Below, piece by piece: positions 8,966-19,062 of a stretch of 64,000 nt of DNA. The position numbers were made by a program, and so were the translations under genes. Numbering within the stretch: the stretch's first letter is position 1; each line of letters starts with the position of its first letter. The notes under the pieces were generated by a model. The model ran no database searches. It worked only from the letters and a program-made list of their open reading frames with translations, and had not been told where the DNA came from. Origin of the DNA: a bacterium (lineage in GTDB: Bacteria > Bacillota_I > Bacilli_A > RFN20 > CAG-826); the NCBI GenBank assembly GCA_963605025.1, contig CAVCSZ010000006.1, positions 51-64,050 on the forward strand, given 5' to 3'.

Positions 8966-10024
8966 ACCTTCTTTTTTCTTTATAAATTTTTCAATTTCAG
9001 TAGTTAATTCATTAAATAAATTTTCTTCAGTAGTAGTTTTAATTATTTCTCCATTTGAAAAAATAATAAATTTGCCATTTTGACCTGCTATCCCAATATC
9101 TGAATTTTTTCCTTCACCAATTCCATTTACAATGCAACCTAATATAGAAATTCTTATATTATAATTATTATTTTCTAGATATTCAGTTATTTTTTGAGTA
9201 ATTTCTTTCATATTATTAACACGACATCTACCACAAGTAGGGCATGAAATAATAGTAGGATATTCCTCATATAAATTTAATTCATGTAATAATCTTTTAC
9301 ATGTTTTAACTTCAAGTAATGGATTTTGTGTTAATGATATTCGAATTGTATTTCCTATACCTTCCATTAATAAAGGAATTAAACCTACTGAGCTTCTGAT
9401 TATTCCTATATCTTCTAATCCACTTTCTGTTACACCTATATGGAGTGGATAATCTGTTAAAGACGCTAATTTTTTATAAATTTCAATTGTTTTAATTGGC
9501 GAAGATGATTTTATAGATAAAACTAATTTTTTAAAATCGTAACTTTCAAAAAGCTTAATTGTTTTTAAACATTCATTTATTAATTCATCAACTGTATTTA
9601 AATTTTTACCATCAGGAGTAGTAGAACCTTCGTTAAGACCTATTCTTATTGCAGTATCGTATTTTTTAGCACATTCTATTATTTTAATTAATTCGTTTTT
9701 TGGAGTATTAATTGGATTGATTCTTATTTTATCAATACCTTGTTCAATTGCTTTTATAGCATAAATACTAGAATAATGAATATCACCAATAAGAACAATT
9801 CCAGTAGCTTCTTTTATAATTTTAATAGCATTAACATCATCAAAATCAGTAATGCTAACTCTCATCATTTTAGCACCATTTTTTTTACAAATATTAATTT
9901 CTTCAATTACTTTTTCATAATCTGATGTTTTTATATCACACATTGATTGAATAATTACTTCATTATTTCCACCAATACGAACATTACCAATATTAAAACT
10001 TTTTGTTTCAAATCTTTTAAACAT
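8957..10024 (-). CDS. ispG: 4-hydroxy-3-methylbut-2-en-1-yl diphosphate synthase
   Basis: CPTCGRC and GCIVNGIGEG motifs. The track ORF starts 28 codons upstream. I prefer the ATG at 10024 (MFKRFETKS...), which fits IspG N-termini and has TATAAT 6 nt upstream. Confidence 0.9.
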   Translation of the reverse strand: MFKRFETKSFNIGNVRIGGNNEVIIQSMCDIKTSDYEKVIEEINICKKNGAKMMRVSITDFDDVNAIKIIKEATGIVLIGDIHYSSIYAIKAIEQGIDKIRINPINTPKNELIKIIECAKKYDTAIRIGLNEGSTTPDGKNLNTVDELINECLKTIKLFESYDFKKLVLSIKSSSPIKTIEIYKKLASLTDYPLHIGVTESGLEDIGIIRSSVGLIPLLMEGIGNTIRISLTQNPLLEVKTCKRLLHELNLYEEYPTIISCPTCGRCRVNNMKEITQKITEYLENNNYNIRISILGCIVNGIGEGKNSDIGIAGQNGKFIIFSNGEIIKTTTEENLFNELTTEIEKFIKKKEGLF

Positions 10025-10030
10025 AAAAAT

Positions 10031-10036
10031 ATTATA
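10031..10036 (-). promoter_or_regulatory. -10 element TATAAT, 6 nt upstream of the ispG ATG (candidate leaderless promoter)
   Basis: The minus strand reads TATAAT-ATTTTT-ATG (ATG at 10024). Confidence 0.4.
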
Positions 10037-10077
10037 TAGTTTTATTGTTAAAATTTGTAGATTAAGCATTAATTTTG

Positions 10078-10086
10078 TGATAAAAT
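10078..10086 (+). promoter_or_regulatory. extended -10 element TGaTAAAAT for rpmG
   Basis: Lies about 25 nt upstream of the rpmG ATG. GGAGG at 10098-10102 lies in the predicted short leader. Confidence 0.4.
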
Positions 10087-10110
10087 ATTTAGGCATTTGG
10101 AGGTACATAT

Positions 10111-10260
10111 ATGCGCGATAACATTATATTAAAGTGCACTGTCTGTGGTGAAGAACAATATATTACAACAAAAAATAAGAAAAATAATCCTGATAGGATT
10201 GAAAAAAATAAATTTTGTCCACATTGCAGAAAAGTTCAAATTTTTAAAGAAAAGAAATAA
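10111..10260 (+). CDS. rpmG: 50S ribosomal protein L33 (zinc-ribbon form)
   Basis: Not on the ORF track because it is only 49 aa. Manual translation gives MRDNIILKCTVCGEEQYITTKNKKNNPDRIEKNKFCPHCRKVQIFKEKK, which closely matches L33 (KNKxNNPDR). GGAGG lies 8 nt upstream. Confidence 0.9.
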   Translation: MRDNIILKCTVCGEEQYITTKNKKNNPDRIEKNKFCPHCRKVQIFKEKK

Positions 10261-10271
10261 AATAAATATTT

Positions 10272-10940
10272 ATGATTAAAGTATTTAATTTTGATTCAAA
10301 TAAATTAAGTAAAAGTAGTGATTTTGCTTGTAATACTTATATTATTGGTGAAGAAAATGGGCCATGTGTTGTTGTTGATTTAGGAGAAAATGATGGAGTA
10401 GTCATTAATTATATTCTAAAACATCATACTTCATGTTTAGGTTTACTATTAACACATGGACACTTTGATCATATAAGAGGTATTTCTAATTTTATTAATA
10501 AATTTAATTGTACTGTATTTATAGATGAAAAAGATGAAAAATTGCTTGAAGATTCTAAAAAAAATGGTTCAGTTATTTATGGAGAAAAAATTTCTTTAAA
10601 TTTAAGTAATTTGTATTTACTTGATGATGAAGACGAAATAAATTTTGGTAATAAATATTATTTCAAAGTTATTGAAACTCCATTTCATACAAATGGAAGT
10701 GTTTGTTTTTTATTAAAAAGTGAAAATGCATTGTTTACAGGTGATACTTTATTTAGAGGAAGTATTGGAAGAACGGATTTACCTGAAGGAAATGAAAAAT
10801 TAATTTCTGAAAGTTTGAAAAAATTGATAAATTTAGATAAAAATTTAAATATTTATCCTGGTCATGGTCCAATGACAACATTAGTACATGAACTAAAGAC
10901 AAATATTTATTTAAAAGATATAGGAGAAAAAAATGATTAA
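10272..10940 (+). CDS. MBL-fold metallo-hydrolase (YqgX/glyoxalase II-like)
   Basis: 222 aa with THGHFDH and later HTNGS and GDTLF motifs. Confidence 0.85.
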   Translation: MIKVFNFDSNKLSKSSDFACNTYIIGEENGPCVVVDLGENDGVVINYILKHHTSCLGLLLTHGHFDHIRGISNFINKFNCTVFIDEKDEKLLEDSKKNGSVIYGEKISLNLSNLYLLDDEDEINFGNKYYFKVIETPFHTNGSVCFLLKSENALFTGDTLFRGSIGRTDLPEGNEKLISESLKKLINLDKNLNIYPGHGPMTTLVHELKTNIYLKDIGEKND

Positions 10941-11493
10941 CGTTACAGAATTAAGACCTGGAAATTATTTTGAAGATGGTGGAAACATTTTTCTTGTTTT
11001 AGATATTTTATTAAATAAAACTGCTATGAGAAAAATGGTTGCTAAAGTCAAAATTAAAAATTTAAGAACAGGCGCTATTACAGAAATGTCCGCTAACAGT
11101 GGATATCAAGTTGATACTATTAGATTAGATAAGAAAAAAATGTCATATTTATATGACAATGGTGATTTCTTAGTTTTCATGGATCAAGAAACATATGAAC
11201 AAGTAGAAATTGCTGAAAGCAGATTAGAATGGGAAAGAAAATTTTTAATTCCAAATTTAGAAGTTGAAATTGTTTCTTACAATGATGAAATTTTAAATAT
11301 CATTTTACCAGCTAAAGTTGTTTTAACTGTTACTGAAACAGAACCTGCTGTTAGAGGTGACTCAGTAAATAAAGCTATGAAAGATGCAACTTTAGAAACA
11401 GGTTTAATGGTTAAAGTCCCTTTATTTGTTGGACCAGAAGAAAAAGTATATGTTCGTACAGATAATGGCGAATACGATGGAAGAGCAAATTAA
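10933..11493 (+). CDS. efp: elongation factor P (atypical tip loop)
   Basis: 186 aa, collinear with B. subtilis EF-P (NLRTGAI, YLYDNGD, FMDQETYEQ). AGGAG lies upstream. Confidence 0.95.
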   Translation: MINVTELRPGNYFEDGGNIFLVLDILLNKTAMRKMVAKVKIKNLRTGAITEMSANSGYQVDTIRLDKKKMSYLYDNGDFLVFMDQETYEQVEIAESRLEWERKFLIPNLEVEIVSYNDEILNIILPAKVVLTVTETEPAVRGDSVNKAMKDATLETGLMVKVPLFVGPEEKVYVRTDNGEYDGRAN

Positions 11494-11714
11494 TGAATAT
11501 TGAAGTTTGGCAATTTGTTATTTATCTTATTTTAGCTTTAGTTGTTGGCTTAATTGGTGGCTTTTTTGGAGCTAGACAATTATTCAAAAAGCAACTTAAA
11601 GACAATCCTCCTGTTAACGAAAAAATGATTCGTGCTATGTTTATGCAAATGGGAAGAAAGCCTAGTGAAGCTCAAATAAAAGCAGTAATGAAGAGCATGA
11701 ATGATAATAAATAA
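11493..11714 (+). CDS. UPF0154 (YneF-like) small membrane protein
   Basis: 73 aa with one N-terminal TM segment followed by KKQLKDNPPVNEKMIRAMFMQMGRKPSEAQIKAVM, typical of the YneF family. Confidence 0.75.
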   Translation: MNIEVWQFVIYLILALVVGLIGGFFGARQLFKKQLKDNPPVNEKMIRAMFMQMGRKPSEAQIKAVMKSMNDNK

Positions 11715-11718
11715 AATA

Positions 11719-11746
11719 AGTACCTTATAATATAAGGTACTTTTTT
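11719..11746 (+). terminator. rho-independent terminator after the rpmG-efp-yneF operon
   Basis: Stem GTACCTTA / TAAGGTAC (11720-11727 and 11733-11740) followed by TTTTTT (11741-11746). Confidence 0.6.
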
Positions 11747-11779
11747 ATTACTAAATAATTACTAATTTTCTAAATAAAT

Positions 11780-12553
11780 TTATTTTTTATCAAAAATATG
11801 AGTTTTATTTTCTTCGTGATTGATAAGTCTTTTAATATTTTCTTTATGTCTAAAAATTAAAAAGAGAGAACCTAAAGTAGATAATAAAACCATATAAATT
11901 GATTCTTGTGGTCCGTATCCAAAATATAAAAAATATTTACTTATATCATTAGATTGTCTAAATACAAAAATCAAATAAATAACCCAAGTAAATAAACAAT
12001 AAATGATAGATGTTAAAATTGATGATAAAGAAATATATTTTTTCCAACGTAAAATTAAAAAATAAATTAATCCGAATACAGGTGCTGCTAAATATGTACA
12101 AGAAAGCATACTTCCAAAATAAGCTGATACAATTTTACCACCATTAAATTTTAAAAATATACTATATGAATGACCGATAAATCCACCTAATGGAACAATA
12201 TAATATGCTAATTCACATAATGAATTTCCTCTACCATACCAATGTATTTCATTCATTGCATCTTGAGTATCATTCATAAAAGATATTATTGCTTCACATT
12301 TTGTAAATAATAAAAATACTAAAATAAAAGGAACGATTATTTTTAATGCATCTAAAATAATAGTAATAATAGCAGCTTTTAGTCCACTTGCTCTCCCTAC
12401 ATTTGTAGCACCAGTATTATAACTTCCATAAGTTCTAGGATCTTTATGATAAATATATTTTCCTATAATAACACCAAATGGTATTGAACCAAATAAATAA
12501 CCTACAATTGCACAAGCTAAAATAACTAAAAAGCGGTAAAATCCAATTAACAT
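11780..12553 (-). CDS. plsY: glycerol-3-phosphate acyltransferase PlsY (long form)
   Basis: 257 aa, polytopic. Motifs GSYNTGATNVGR and GHSYSIFLKFNGGK. Adjacent to parE-parC as in Bacillus. Confidence 0.85.
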   Translation of the reverse strand: MLIGFYRFLVILACAIVGYLFGSIPFGVIIGKYIYHKDPRTYGSYNTGATNVGRASGLKAAIITIILDALKIIVPFILVFLLFTKCEAIISFMNDTQDAMNEIHWYGRGNSLCELAYYIVPLGGFIGHSYSIFLKFNGGKIVSAYFGSMLSCTYLAAPVFGLIYFLILRWKKYISLSSILTSIIYCLFTWVIYLIFVFRQSNDISKYFLYFGYGPQESIYMVLLSTLGSLFLIFRHKENIKRLINHEENKTHIFDKK

Positions 12554-12612
12554 ATGTTTTATATTTTATTATAAAAAGATAATTATTTCCACTTAAAAAA
12601 AATGTCAATTTT

Positions 12613-12621
12613 TGATATAAT
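12613..12621 (+). promoter_or_regulatory. extended -10 element TGaTATAAT, 7 nt upstream of the parE ATG (candidate leaderless promoter)
   Basis: TGATATAAT-TTAAGTT-ATG (ATG at 12629). No SD. Confidence 0.45.
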
Positions 12622-12628
12622 TTAAGTT

Positions 12629-14557
12629 ATGGAAAATTCAAATTTTGATTATAATGCAAATAGCATAAAAGTTTTAGAAGGCTTAGAAGGTGTAAGAAAA
12701 AGACCTGCAATGTATATTGGCAGTACAAATACATACGGATTACACCATTTAGTTTGGGAAATTGTTGATAACGCAGTTGATGAAGCTTTAAATGGTTATG
12801 GTACAAAAATAAGTGTTGTTATACATAAAGATGGTAGTATTACAGTAATAGATGAAGGAAGAGGTATTCCTTGTGATATTCAAGAACAATATAATTTACC
12901 TGCAATTCAAGTAATTTTAACAACTTTACATAGTGGTGGAAAATTTAATAATAAAGCTTATCAATCTAGTGGTGGTTTACACGGGGTTGGAAGTAGTGTT
13001 ACAAACGCTTTAAGTGAATTTTTTGATTGTATAATTCAAAGGGATGGAAAAATTTATCATATTTCTTTTGAAAAAGGTGGTAAATTAAAAAAACCATTAG
13101 AAGTTATTGGAGTAAGTGCAAAACACGGATCTACAATTACATTTAAACCAGATAAATCAATTTTCTCAACTGTTGAATTTGATTATCAAAAGATTGCTAA
13201 TCATCTTAAAGATAGTGCGTTTTTACTTAAAGGCGTTCATTTTATATTAGTTGACGAAAGAACAAATAAAAAAGAAGAATTTCATTACGAAAATGGTATT
13301 ATTGATTATATTAATGAATTAGGTGCAGGAAAAAAACCTATTAGTGAACCTATTTATTTTAGTGGAACTGAAGGTGATATAAAAACAGAAGCTGTTTTTC
13401 AATATTTTTCTGATGTCTATAATGAAGATGTAAAAAGTTATGTTAATAATGTTAGAACAATAGATGGTGGAACTCATGAATCAGGCTTCAAAATTGGTTT
13501 AACAAAAGCAGTTAATGAATTTGTAGACAACAATTTAAATAAAATTAAAACTAAATTAGAAGGCAACGATATTAGAGAAGGATTAATTGCAATTATTTCA
13601 ATTCAAATAGGTGAACCTGAATTTGAAGGTCAAACAAAAACTAAATTAGGAAATCAAAGTGCATTAACTGCTGTTTCTAATTTAATTTATAATAAATTTA
13701 CTTATTATTTAAATGAAAATAAAAATTTTAGTGATCAATTAATTAAAAAATGCTTAGAATCTCAAAAAGTTAGATTAGCGGTTAGAAAAGCTAAAGAAGA
13801 TGCTAGAAAAACTAAAAAAACAAAAGAATCAATTATTCTTAGTGATAAATTAACGCCTTGTCAATCAAGAGAATATAAATTAAACGAATTATTTATTGTT
13901 GAAGGTGATTCTGCTGGAGGAACTGCAAAAAAAGGTAGAGATCCTAAATATCAAGCTATTTTACCTTTAAGAGGTAAACCTTTAAATTGCAACGAATTAA
14001 CTTTAGATAAAGTTTTAGCAAATCAAGAATTAGCAACCATTATTAATACTGTTGGTGCAGGTTATGGTAAAGATTTTGATATAGATGATAGTCATTATGG
14101 GAAAATTATTATTATGACTGATGCTGATACTGATGGTGCGCATATTCAAACTTTATTATTAACTTTCTTTTATAATTATATGAAACCTTTAATTTCTGAA
14201 GGTAAAGTTTTTATTGCATTACCTCCTTTATATAGAGTCGCAAAGAAAACTAAATCTGGTGTAGAAGAATATTATTGTCATGATGAAAAAGAATTATTAG
14301 AAGCAAAAAATAAAATTGGCAGTGGATATAGTGTTTCACGATACAAAGGTTTAGGTGAAATGAGTGATAAACAATTAAAATTTACAACAATGGACAAAGA
14401 ACATAGAAAATTATTACAAGTTAATATTAATGATTTTAATGTTGTAGAAAGAAAAATTGATGTATTAATGGGTAGTGATTCTAAAAAAAGAAAAGAATGG
14501 TTAGAAGAAGCTGTAGATTTTAGTGAAACAGATAATTTTAACAAGGAGATTAAATAA
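12629..14557 (+). CDS. parE: DNA topoisomerase IV subunit B
   Basis: 642 aa with GHKL ATPase motif GLHHLVWEIVDNAVDE and TOPRIM motifs EGDSAGG and PLRGKPLN. Called ParE rather than GyrB because of plsY-parE-parC synteny. Confidence 0.85.
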   Translation: MENSNFDYNANSIKVLEGLEGVRKRPAMYIGSTNTYGLHHLVWEIVDNAVDEALNGYGTKISVVIHKDGSITVIDEGRGIPCDIQEQYNLPAIQVILTTLHSGGKFNNKAYQSSGGLHGVGSSVTNALSEFFDCIIQRDGKIYHISFEKGGKLKKPLEVIGVSAKHGSTITFKPDKSIFSTVEFDYQKIANHLKDSAFLLKGVHFILVDERTNKKEEFHYENGIIDYINELGAGKKPISEPIYFSGTEGDIKTEAVFQYFSDVYNEDVKSYVNNVRTIDGGTHESGFKIGLTKAVNEFVDNNLNKIKTKLEGNDIREGLIAIISIQIGEPEFEGQTKTKLGNQSALTAVSNLIYNKFTYYLNENKNFSDQLIKKCLESQKVRLAVRKAKEDARKTKKTKESIILSDKLTPCQSREYKLNELFIVEGDSAGGTAKKGRDPKYQAILPLRGKPLNCNELTLDKVLANQELATIINTVGAGYGKDFDIDDSHYGKIIIMTDADTDGAHIQTLLLTFFYNYMKPLISEGKVFIALPPLYRVAKKTKSGVEEYYCHDEKELLEAKNKIGSGYSVSRYKGLGEMSDKQLKFTTMDKEHRKLLQVNINDFNVVERKIDVLMGSDSKKRKEWLEEAVDFSETDNFNKEIK

Positions 14558-17094
14558 TGAAAAAACAAGAAAAAACAATTGTTGAAGATATTATTACTCA
14601 ACCTATGGATGAATTAATGAGTGATAGATATGCTGTATATGCAAAATATGTCATTCAAGATCGTGCAATTCCTGATTCAAGAGATGGATTAAAACCAGTT
14701 CAAAGAAGAATTATTTATACAATGTATAATACTGGTAATACTTACGATAAAAATACAAAAAAATGCGCTAAAATTGTTGGTGATGTCATGGGAAGATTCC
14801 ATCCACATGGTGATACATCTATTTATGATGCATTAACAAGACTTTCTCAAAATTGGAAAATGAATCAACCTTTAGTATATTTTCAAGGAAATAATGGCTC
14901 TATTGATGATGATCCTGCTGCTGCATATCGTTATACAGAAGCAAAATTAGAAGAAATTAGTGAATATTTAGTTAAAGATTTAGATAAAAAAACAGTTGAT
15001 ATGGTTTTAAATTTTTCAGATGATGAATATGAACCATCTGTTCTTCCTGCTAGATTTCCAAATTTATTTGTTAATGGAAGTGAAGGAATCGCTGTAGCTA
15101 TTGCAACTGCTATACCTCCTCATAATTTAAATGAAATGTGTCTTGCAACAATTGAACGTATAAATCATCCTGATTGTGAAGTTGAAGATTTATTAAAAAT
15201 TATTAAAGGTCCTGATTTCCCTACTGGTGGAATTGTTACTGGTTTAAATGGTATTAAAGATATGTATCAAACTGGTAGAGGAAAGTTTCAAATTACAAGT
15301 AAATATGAAATTAAAGAATTATCTGATTGTAATGAAATTATTATTAGCGAAATTCCTTATGGTGTTAATAAAAAGGATTTAGTATATTCTATTGATAAAA
15401 TTAAAAAGAATCATGAAATAGATGGAATTATTGATGTTAAAGATTTATCTAGTGGTGAATTAATAAATATAGTTATTGAATTGAAAAAAGAAATTAATTT
15501 TAATGCTGTTTTACAATATTTATTAAATAAAACTAATTTAAGAGTAAATTATAGTGCTAATATTGTTGCTATTTGTGATAAGCATCCAGAAACATTATCA
15601 TTATTAAGATATTTGGATGTTTATATTGATTTCTTAAAAGAAATTAATATTAAACAATATAAATTTGATTATGAAAAAAATAAAAATAGATTACATATTT
15701 TAGATGGATTATTAAAAGCTACAGATATAATTGATGAAATTATTAAAATTATACGTAATAGTATAAATAAAGAAGATTCAAAGCAAAAATTAATAGAAAA
15801 ATATAATTTTTCAGAAGTTCAAGCAGAAGCTATTTTAAATATACGTTTATATAAATTATCACATACTGATATAAATATATATTTAAATGAAAAGAAAGAA
15901 CTTGAAGAATTCTGTGCATTTGCTGAAAAAGTTTTAAATGATCCTAAAGAATTAAATAAAGTAATAATTTCAGATTTAAAAAATATAATTAAATCTGTAA
16001 AAACTACTAGAAAAAGTGTAATTGAAGAAGAAGTTAAAGATATTGAATTCTCAAAGAGAGATTTAATTTCAAAAGAAAATGTTTATGTTTCTTTAACTAA
16101 AGATGGTTATATAAAAAGATCTACATTTAAAAGTTACAAAGCAAGCGATTCAATATTACCTGGAATAAAAGAAGGAGATTCATTAGTATTAGCAACTGTT
16201 TGTTCTACTTTAGATTATATTTTAGGTTTTACTAATTTAGGAAATTTTGTATTTTTACCAGTTCATGAAATATTAGAAAATAAGTGGAAAGATGAAGGAA
16301 AACATCTTAATTATTTAACTAATTTATCTTTAAATGAATATATAATTAAAGCTATAGTAGTTGAAAATTTTGATAAAGACATTTCAATTGGCTTAATAAG
16401 TAGAAATGGTCAAATAAAAAAGACTTCTTTAAAAGAATTCTACGTTCAAAGATATTCTAAACCTATTCAATGTATGAAATTGGTTGGTGATGATAATTTA
16501 GTAGATGTTTGCTTACTTAATAATAATTCTAATATTTTAGTATTAACTTCTAATGGAAATTGTACTTATTTCAATGAAAATGAAATTGCTCAAACAGGAA
16601 TTAAATCAAGTGGATTAAAATCAATTTCTAAATTAACAGATAATTATATTGTTAGTATGATATCTTTTAATTATAATGAAAATTGTAAAATTTTATTATT
16701 TACTGATCATGGATGTTATAGATGTTTTGACACTAAAAATCTTGAATTAACTAAAAGATTAGGTGCTCAACAAAAATTATTTAAATCATTTAAAAGCGAT
16801 CCACATAATTTAATTTATACATATAAATTATCTTCAAAAGTTGAATCATTAGATTTTTATTTCGTTTTAGAAAATCATAAGATTGTTAAAGAAAATATTG
16901 ATGATTTCTCTTTAACACCAATTGATAAAAGATGTAAATTCAATTTAAAAGATGTTCCTGAAGATATTTTAATAAAATATACATGTGTTTTTGATTCTTT
17001 AAGAATTGATAATGATTTTGTTGTTGAAGAAAAAAAGATCAAAGAAGAAGTTGAAGATAAAGAAAATATTGTACAATTGGATTTATTTAATTAA
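14557..17094 (+). CDS. parC: DNA topoisomerase IV subunit A
   Basis: 845 aa with RFHPHGD and the active-site region AAAYRYTEAKL. I saw no GyrA-box-like motif in the C-terminal domain. AAGGAG lies upstream. Confidence 0.85.
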   Translation: MKKQEKTIVEDIITQPMDELMSDRYAVYAKYVIQDRAIPDSRDGLKPVQRRIIYTMYNTGNTYDKNTKKCAKIVGDVMGRFHPHGDTSIYDALTRLSQNWKMNQPLVYFQGNNGSIDDDPAAAYRYTEAKLEEISEYLVKDLDKKTVDMVLNFSDDEYEPSVLPARFPNLFVNGSEGIAVAIATAIPPHNLNEMCLATIERINHPDCEVEDLLKIIKGPDFPTGGIVTGLNGIKDMYQTGRGKFQITSKYEIKELSDCNEIIISEIPYGVNKKDLVYSIDKIKKNHEIDGIIDVKDLSSGELINIVIELKKEINFNAVLQYLLNKTNLRVNYSANIVAICDKHPETLSLLRYLDVYIDFLKEINIKQYKFDYEKNKNRLHILDGLLKATDIIDEIIKIIRNSINKEDSKQKLIEKYNFSEVQAEAILNIRLYKLSHTDINIYLNEKKELEEFCAFAEKVLNDPKELNKVIISDLKNIIKSVKTTRKSVIEEEVKDIEFSKRDLISKENVYVSLTKDGYIKRSTFKSYKASDSILPGIKEGDSLVLATVCSTLDYILGFTNLGNFVFLPVHEILENKWKDEGKHLNYLTNLSLNEYIIKAIVVENFDKDISIGLISRNGQIKKTSLKEFYVQRYSKPIQCMKLVGDDNLVDVCLLNNNSNILVLTSNGNCTYFNENEIAQTGIKSSGLKSISKLTDNYIVSMISFNYNENCKILLFTDHGCYRCFDTKNLELTKRLGAQQKLFKSFKSDPHNLIYTYKLSSKVESLDFYFVLENHKIVKENIDDFSLTPIDKRCKFNLKDVPEDILIKYTCVFDSLRIDNDFVVEEKKIKEEVEDKENIVQLDLFN

Positions 17095-17296
17095 TTATAA
17101 TAAATATTAATCCAATGATAATACAAATTAATGAATAAACTTTATTGTATAAAATATCTTGGCTTTTAATTTTTAAAGGAAATAATAAAGGTATTATAAA
17201 AAATAATACTCCTAAAATAGGTGAAAACATTAAAATAAAAGCACTAATTAAATTAAAAAATCTTACTAAATTTGAAATCATTTTATCTTTATTCAT
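17087..17296 (-). CDS. small hypothetical membrane protein (two predicted TM segments)
   Basis: 69 aa and hydrophobic. Supported by a perfect TGtTATAAT-N6-ATG arrangement upstream (17303-17311). No family recognised. Confidence 0.5.
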   Translation of the reverse strand: MNKDKMISNLVRFFNLISAFILMFSPILGVLFFIIPLLFPLKIKSQDILYNKVYSLICIIIGLIFIIIN

Positions 17297-17302
17297 ACTA
17301 AT

Positions 17303-17311
17303 ATTATAACA
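17303..17311 (-). promoter_or_regulatory. extended -10 element TGtTATAAT, 6 nt upstream of the small membrane ORF ATG
   Basis: The minus strand reads TGTTATAAT-ATTAGT-ATG (ATG at 17296). Confidence 0.45.
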
Positions 17312-17402
17312 AATTAATTGATAATTAATAAATAAAATAAATGGTATTTTTTTAGTAAGAATTTAGTAATAAAATAGTTGTGTTTATATTTTAAAAATAT
17401 TA

Positions 17403-17408
17403 TATAAT
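17403..17408 (+). promoter_or_regulatory. -10 element TATAAT, 6 nt upstream of the yqeG ATG (candidate leaderless promoter)
   Basis: TATAAT-ATTATT-ATG (ATG at 17415). No SD. Confidence 0.4.
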
Positions 17409-17414
17409 ATTATT

Positions 17415-17942
17415 ATGTATAATTATAAAATTATTAAATCGCAAAATATTTATAACATAAACATACAATATTATTTAGATAACAATATTAAATATATTTT
17501 ATGTGATTTGGATAATACATTAGAATCTTTCGATGTTAAAGAACCAAGTAAAAAAACTATTGAATTAGTTAATAAGTTAACTGAAAATAATATAAATTTA
17601 ATAATTTGTAGTAATAATAATAAAAAAAGAGTATCTAAGTATGCAGAGATGTTATCGGTTGGTTATATTTATAGATGCTTTAAACCATTTAAATTTAAAA
17701 TTAATAATTTTATAAAAAAGAAAAATATTAATAAAAATGAATGTATATTAATTGGTGATCAATTTAATACTGATATTAAATGTGCAAAAAGATTAAATGT
17801 TAAGTGTTTATTTACTGAAGAACTAGTTAATAAAAATGCTTTTATTTCAAGTTTTAATAAAAGATTTGAAAAAATATCAATAAAAAAAGATTTAAAAAAA
17901 GGTTTAATTAAAAATATGGAGGAAAAATATGTCATTAAGTAA
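17415..17942 (+). CDS. yqeG: YqeG-family HAD phosphatase
   Basis: 175 aa with HAD motif I CDLDNTL. First gene of the conserved yqeG-yqeH cluster. Confidence 0.8.
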   Translation: MYNYKIIKSQNIYNINIQYYLDNNIKYILCDLDNTLESFDVKEPSKKTIELVNKLTENNINLIICSNNNKKRVSKYAEMLSVGYIYRCFKPFKFKINNFIKKKNINKNECILIGDQFNTDIKCAKRLNVKCLFTEELVNKNAFISSFNKRFEKISIKKDLKKGLIKNMEEKYVIK

Positions 17943-19062
17943 GAAAGTTAAAAGATGTTCTCATTGTGGAACAATATTACAAGATACTGATAATACAAAA
18001 GAAGGGTATATTGATACAATAACATTAAAAAAATTCCCAGATGGTGTTTTATTATGTAATAAATGTTTTGATGAAGAGAAAAATTGTGATAATTCCTTAT
18101 TAAAAATTTCTGATGAATATAAAATTATTTTTGATAAAATAAAAAAAGAAAATTCAGTTATTTTATATGTTATTGATTTATTTTCCTTTGAAGGATGCTT
18201 TCCATCAAGCTTTAATGAATTAATTGGTGATACTGACATTTATGTTATTGCTACAAAAAGAGATTTATTACCAAAAGATACTGATGATACTTTATTAAAA
18301 GAATATGTTTCTCATCGTTTAAGAGTGTCTAAATTAAAAGTAAAAGATGTAGTTTTAACTTCTAAAGACAATTGTAATTCTCTTTTAAATGAATATGTTA
18401 TAAAAAAATTAAAAGATAAAAATGTTTATATTTTAGGACCTGCAACTGCAGGAAAAAGTACTTTATTAAAAAATTTCTTAAAAGATTATAAGAATAATAC
18501 AAGAACACCTATTTCTTCATCTTATAATTTTGAAGGTACTAATTTAAAAGGATTAAGAATACCTTTAAGTACTAAAAATTTTATTTATGAAATTCCAAGT
18601 TTACCTATTAAAAACAGTATGTTAGGAGTTTTAGAAAAACCTATTTATAATTCAATAGTTCCTACAAAAGAAGTTTTAGCTAAAAAATTTAATATATCTG
18701 ATAAATCATTTTTAATGATTTCTGGATTATGTTTAATCCAATTATTAAGTGGAGAAAAAACATCTATATATTGTTATTTTAGTAATAAGTTAGATTTAAA
18801 AGTTAAAAAAGGTGATGCTGTAAAACAATTTAAATATATTCTTGAAAAAGGCGATCAAAAAAATACAAGTTATAAATATAAAGATTTAAAAGATTTTGAT
18901 GTTTATGATTTAGAAATTACCGAAAAAGGAAATCGTGATTTAGGCATTTTAGGATTAGGTTGGATTAATTTTTCAGGAAATAATCAAAAATTTAGAGTAT
19001 TTGTACCTAATGGGGTTTATGTATATACAACAAGGAGTAAAGTTATAAAAAATGTTAAATAA
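17929..19062 (+). CDS. yqeH: ribosome biogenesis GTPase YqeH
   Basis: 377 aa with N-terminal zinc finger CSHCG...CNKC and circularly permuted GTPase motifs (TKRD then GPATAGKST). GGAGG lies upstream. Confidence 0.85.
   Translation: MSLSKKVKRCSHCGTILQDTDNTKEGYIDTITLKKFPDGVLLCNKCFDEEKNCDNSLLKISDEYKIIFDKIKKENSVILYVIDLFSFEGCFPSSFNELIGDTDIYVIATKRDLLPKDTDDTLLKEYVSHRLRVSKLKVKDVVLTSKDNCNSLLNEYVIKKLKDKNVYILGPATAGKSTLLKNFLKDYKNNTRTPISSSYNFEGTNLKGLRIPLSTKNFIYEIPSLPIKNSMLGVLEKPIYNSIVPTKEVLAKKFNISDKSFLMISGLCLIQLLSGEKTSIYCYFSNKLDLKVKKGDAVKQFKYILEKGDQKNTSYKYKDLKDFDVYDLEITEKGNRDLGILGLGWINFSGNNQKFRVFVPNGVYVYTTRSKVIKNVK

Noticed and set aside
10025-10108. N-terminal extensions of track ORFs: ispG to 10108, relA to 33882, recJ to 35401, engB to 45618, tig to 49386 and xerD to 23096.
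   Set aside because: The extended starts are mostly non-ATG codons (ATT, TTG, GTG). They overlap upstream genes or lack signals. Downstream ATGs match family N-termini and have an SD or a leaderless-type -10 element.
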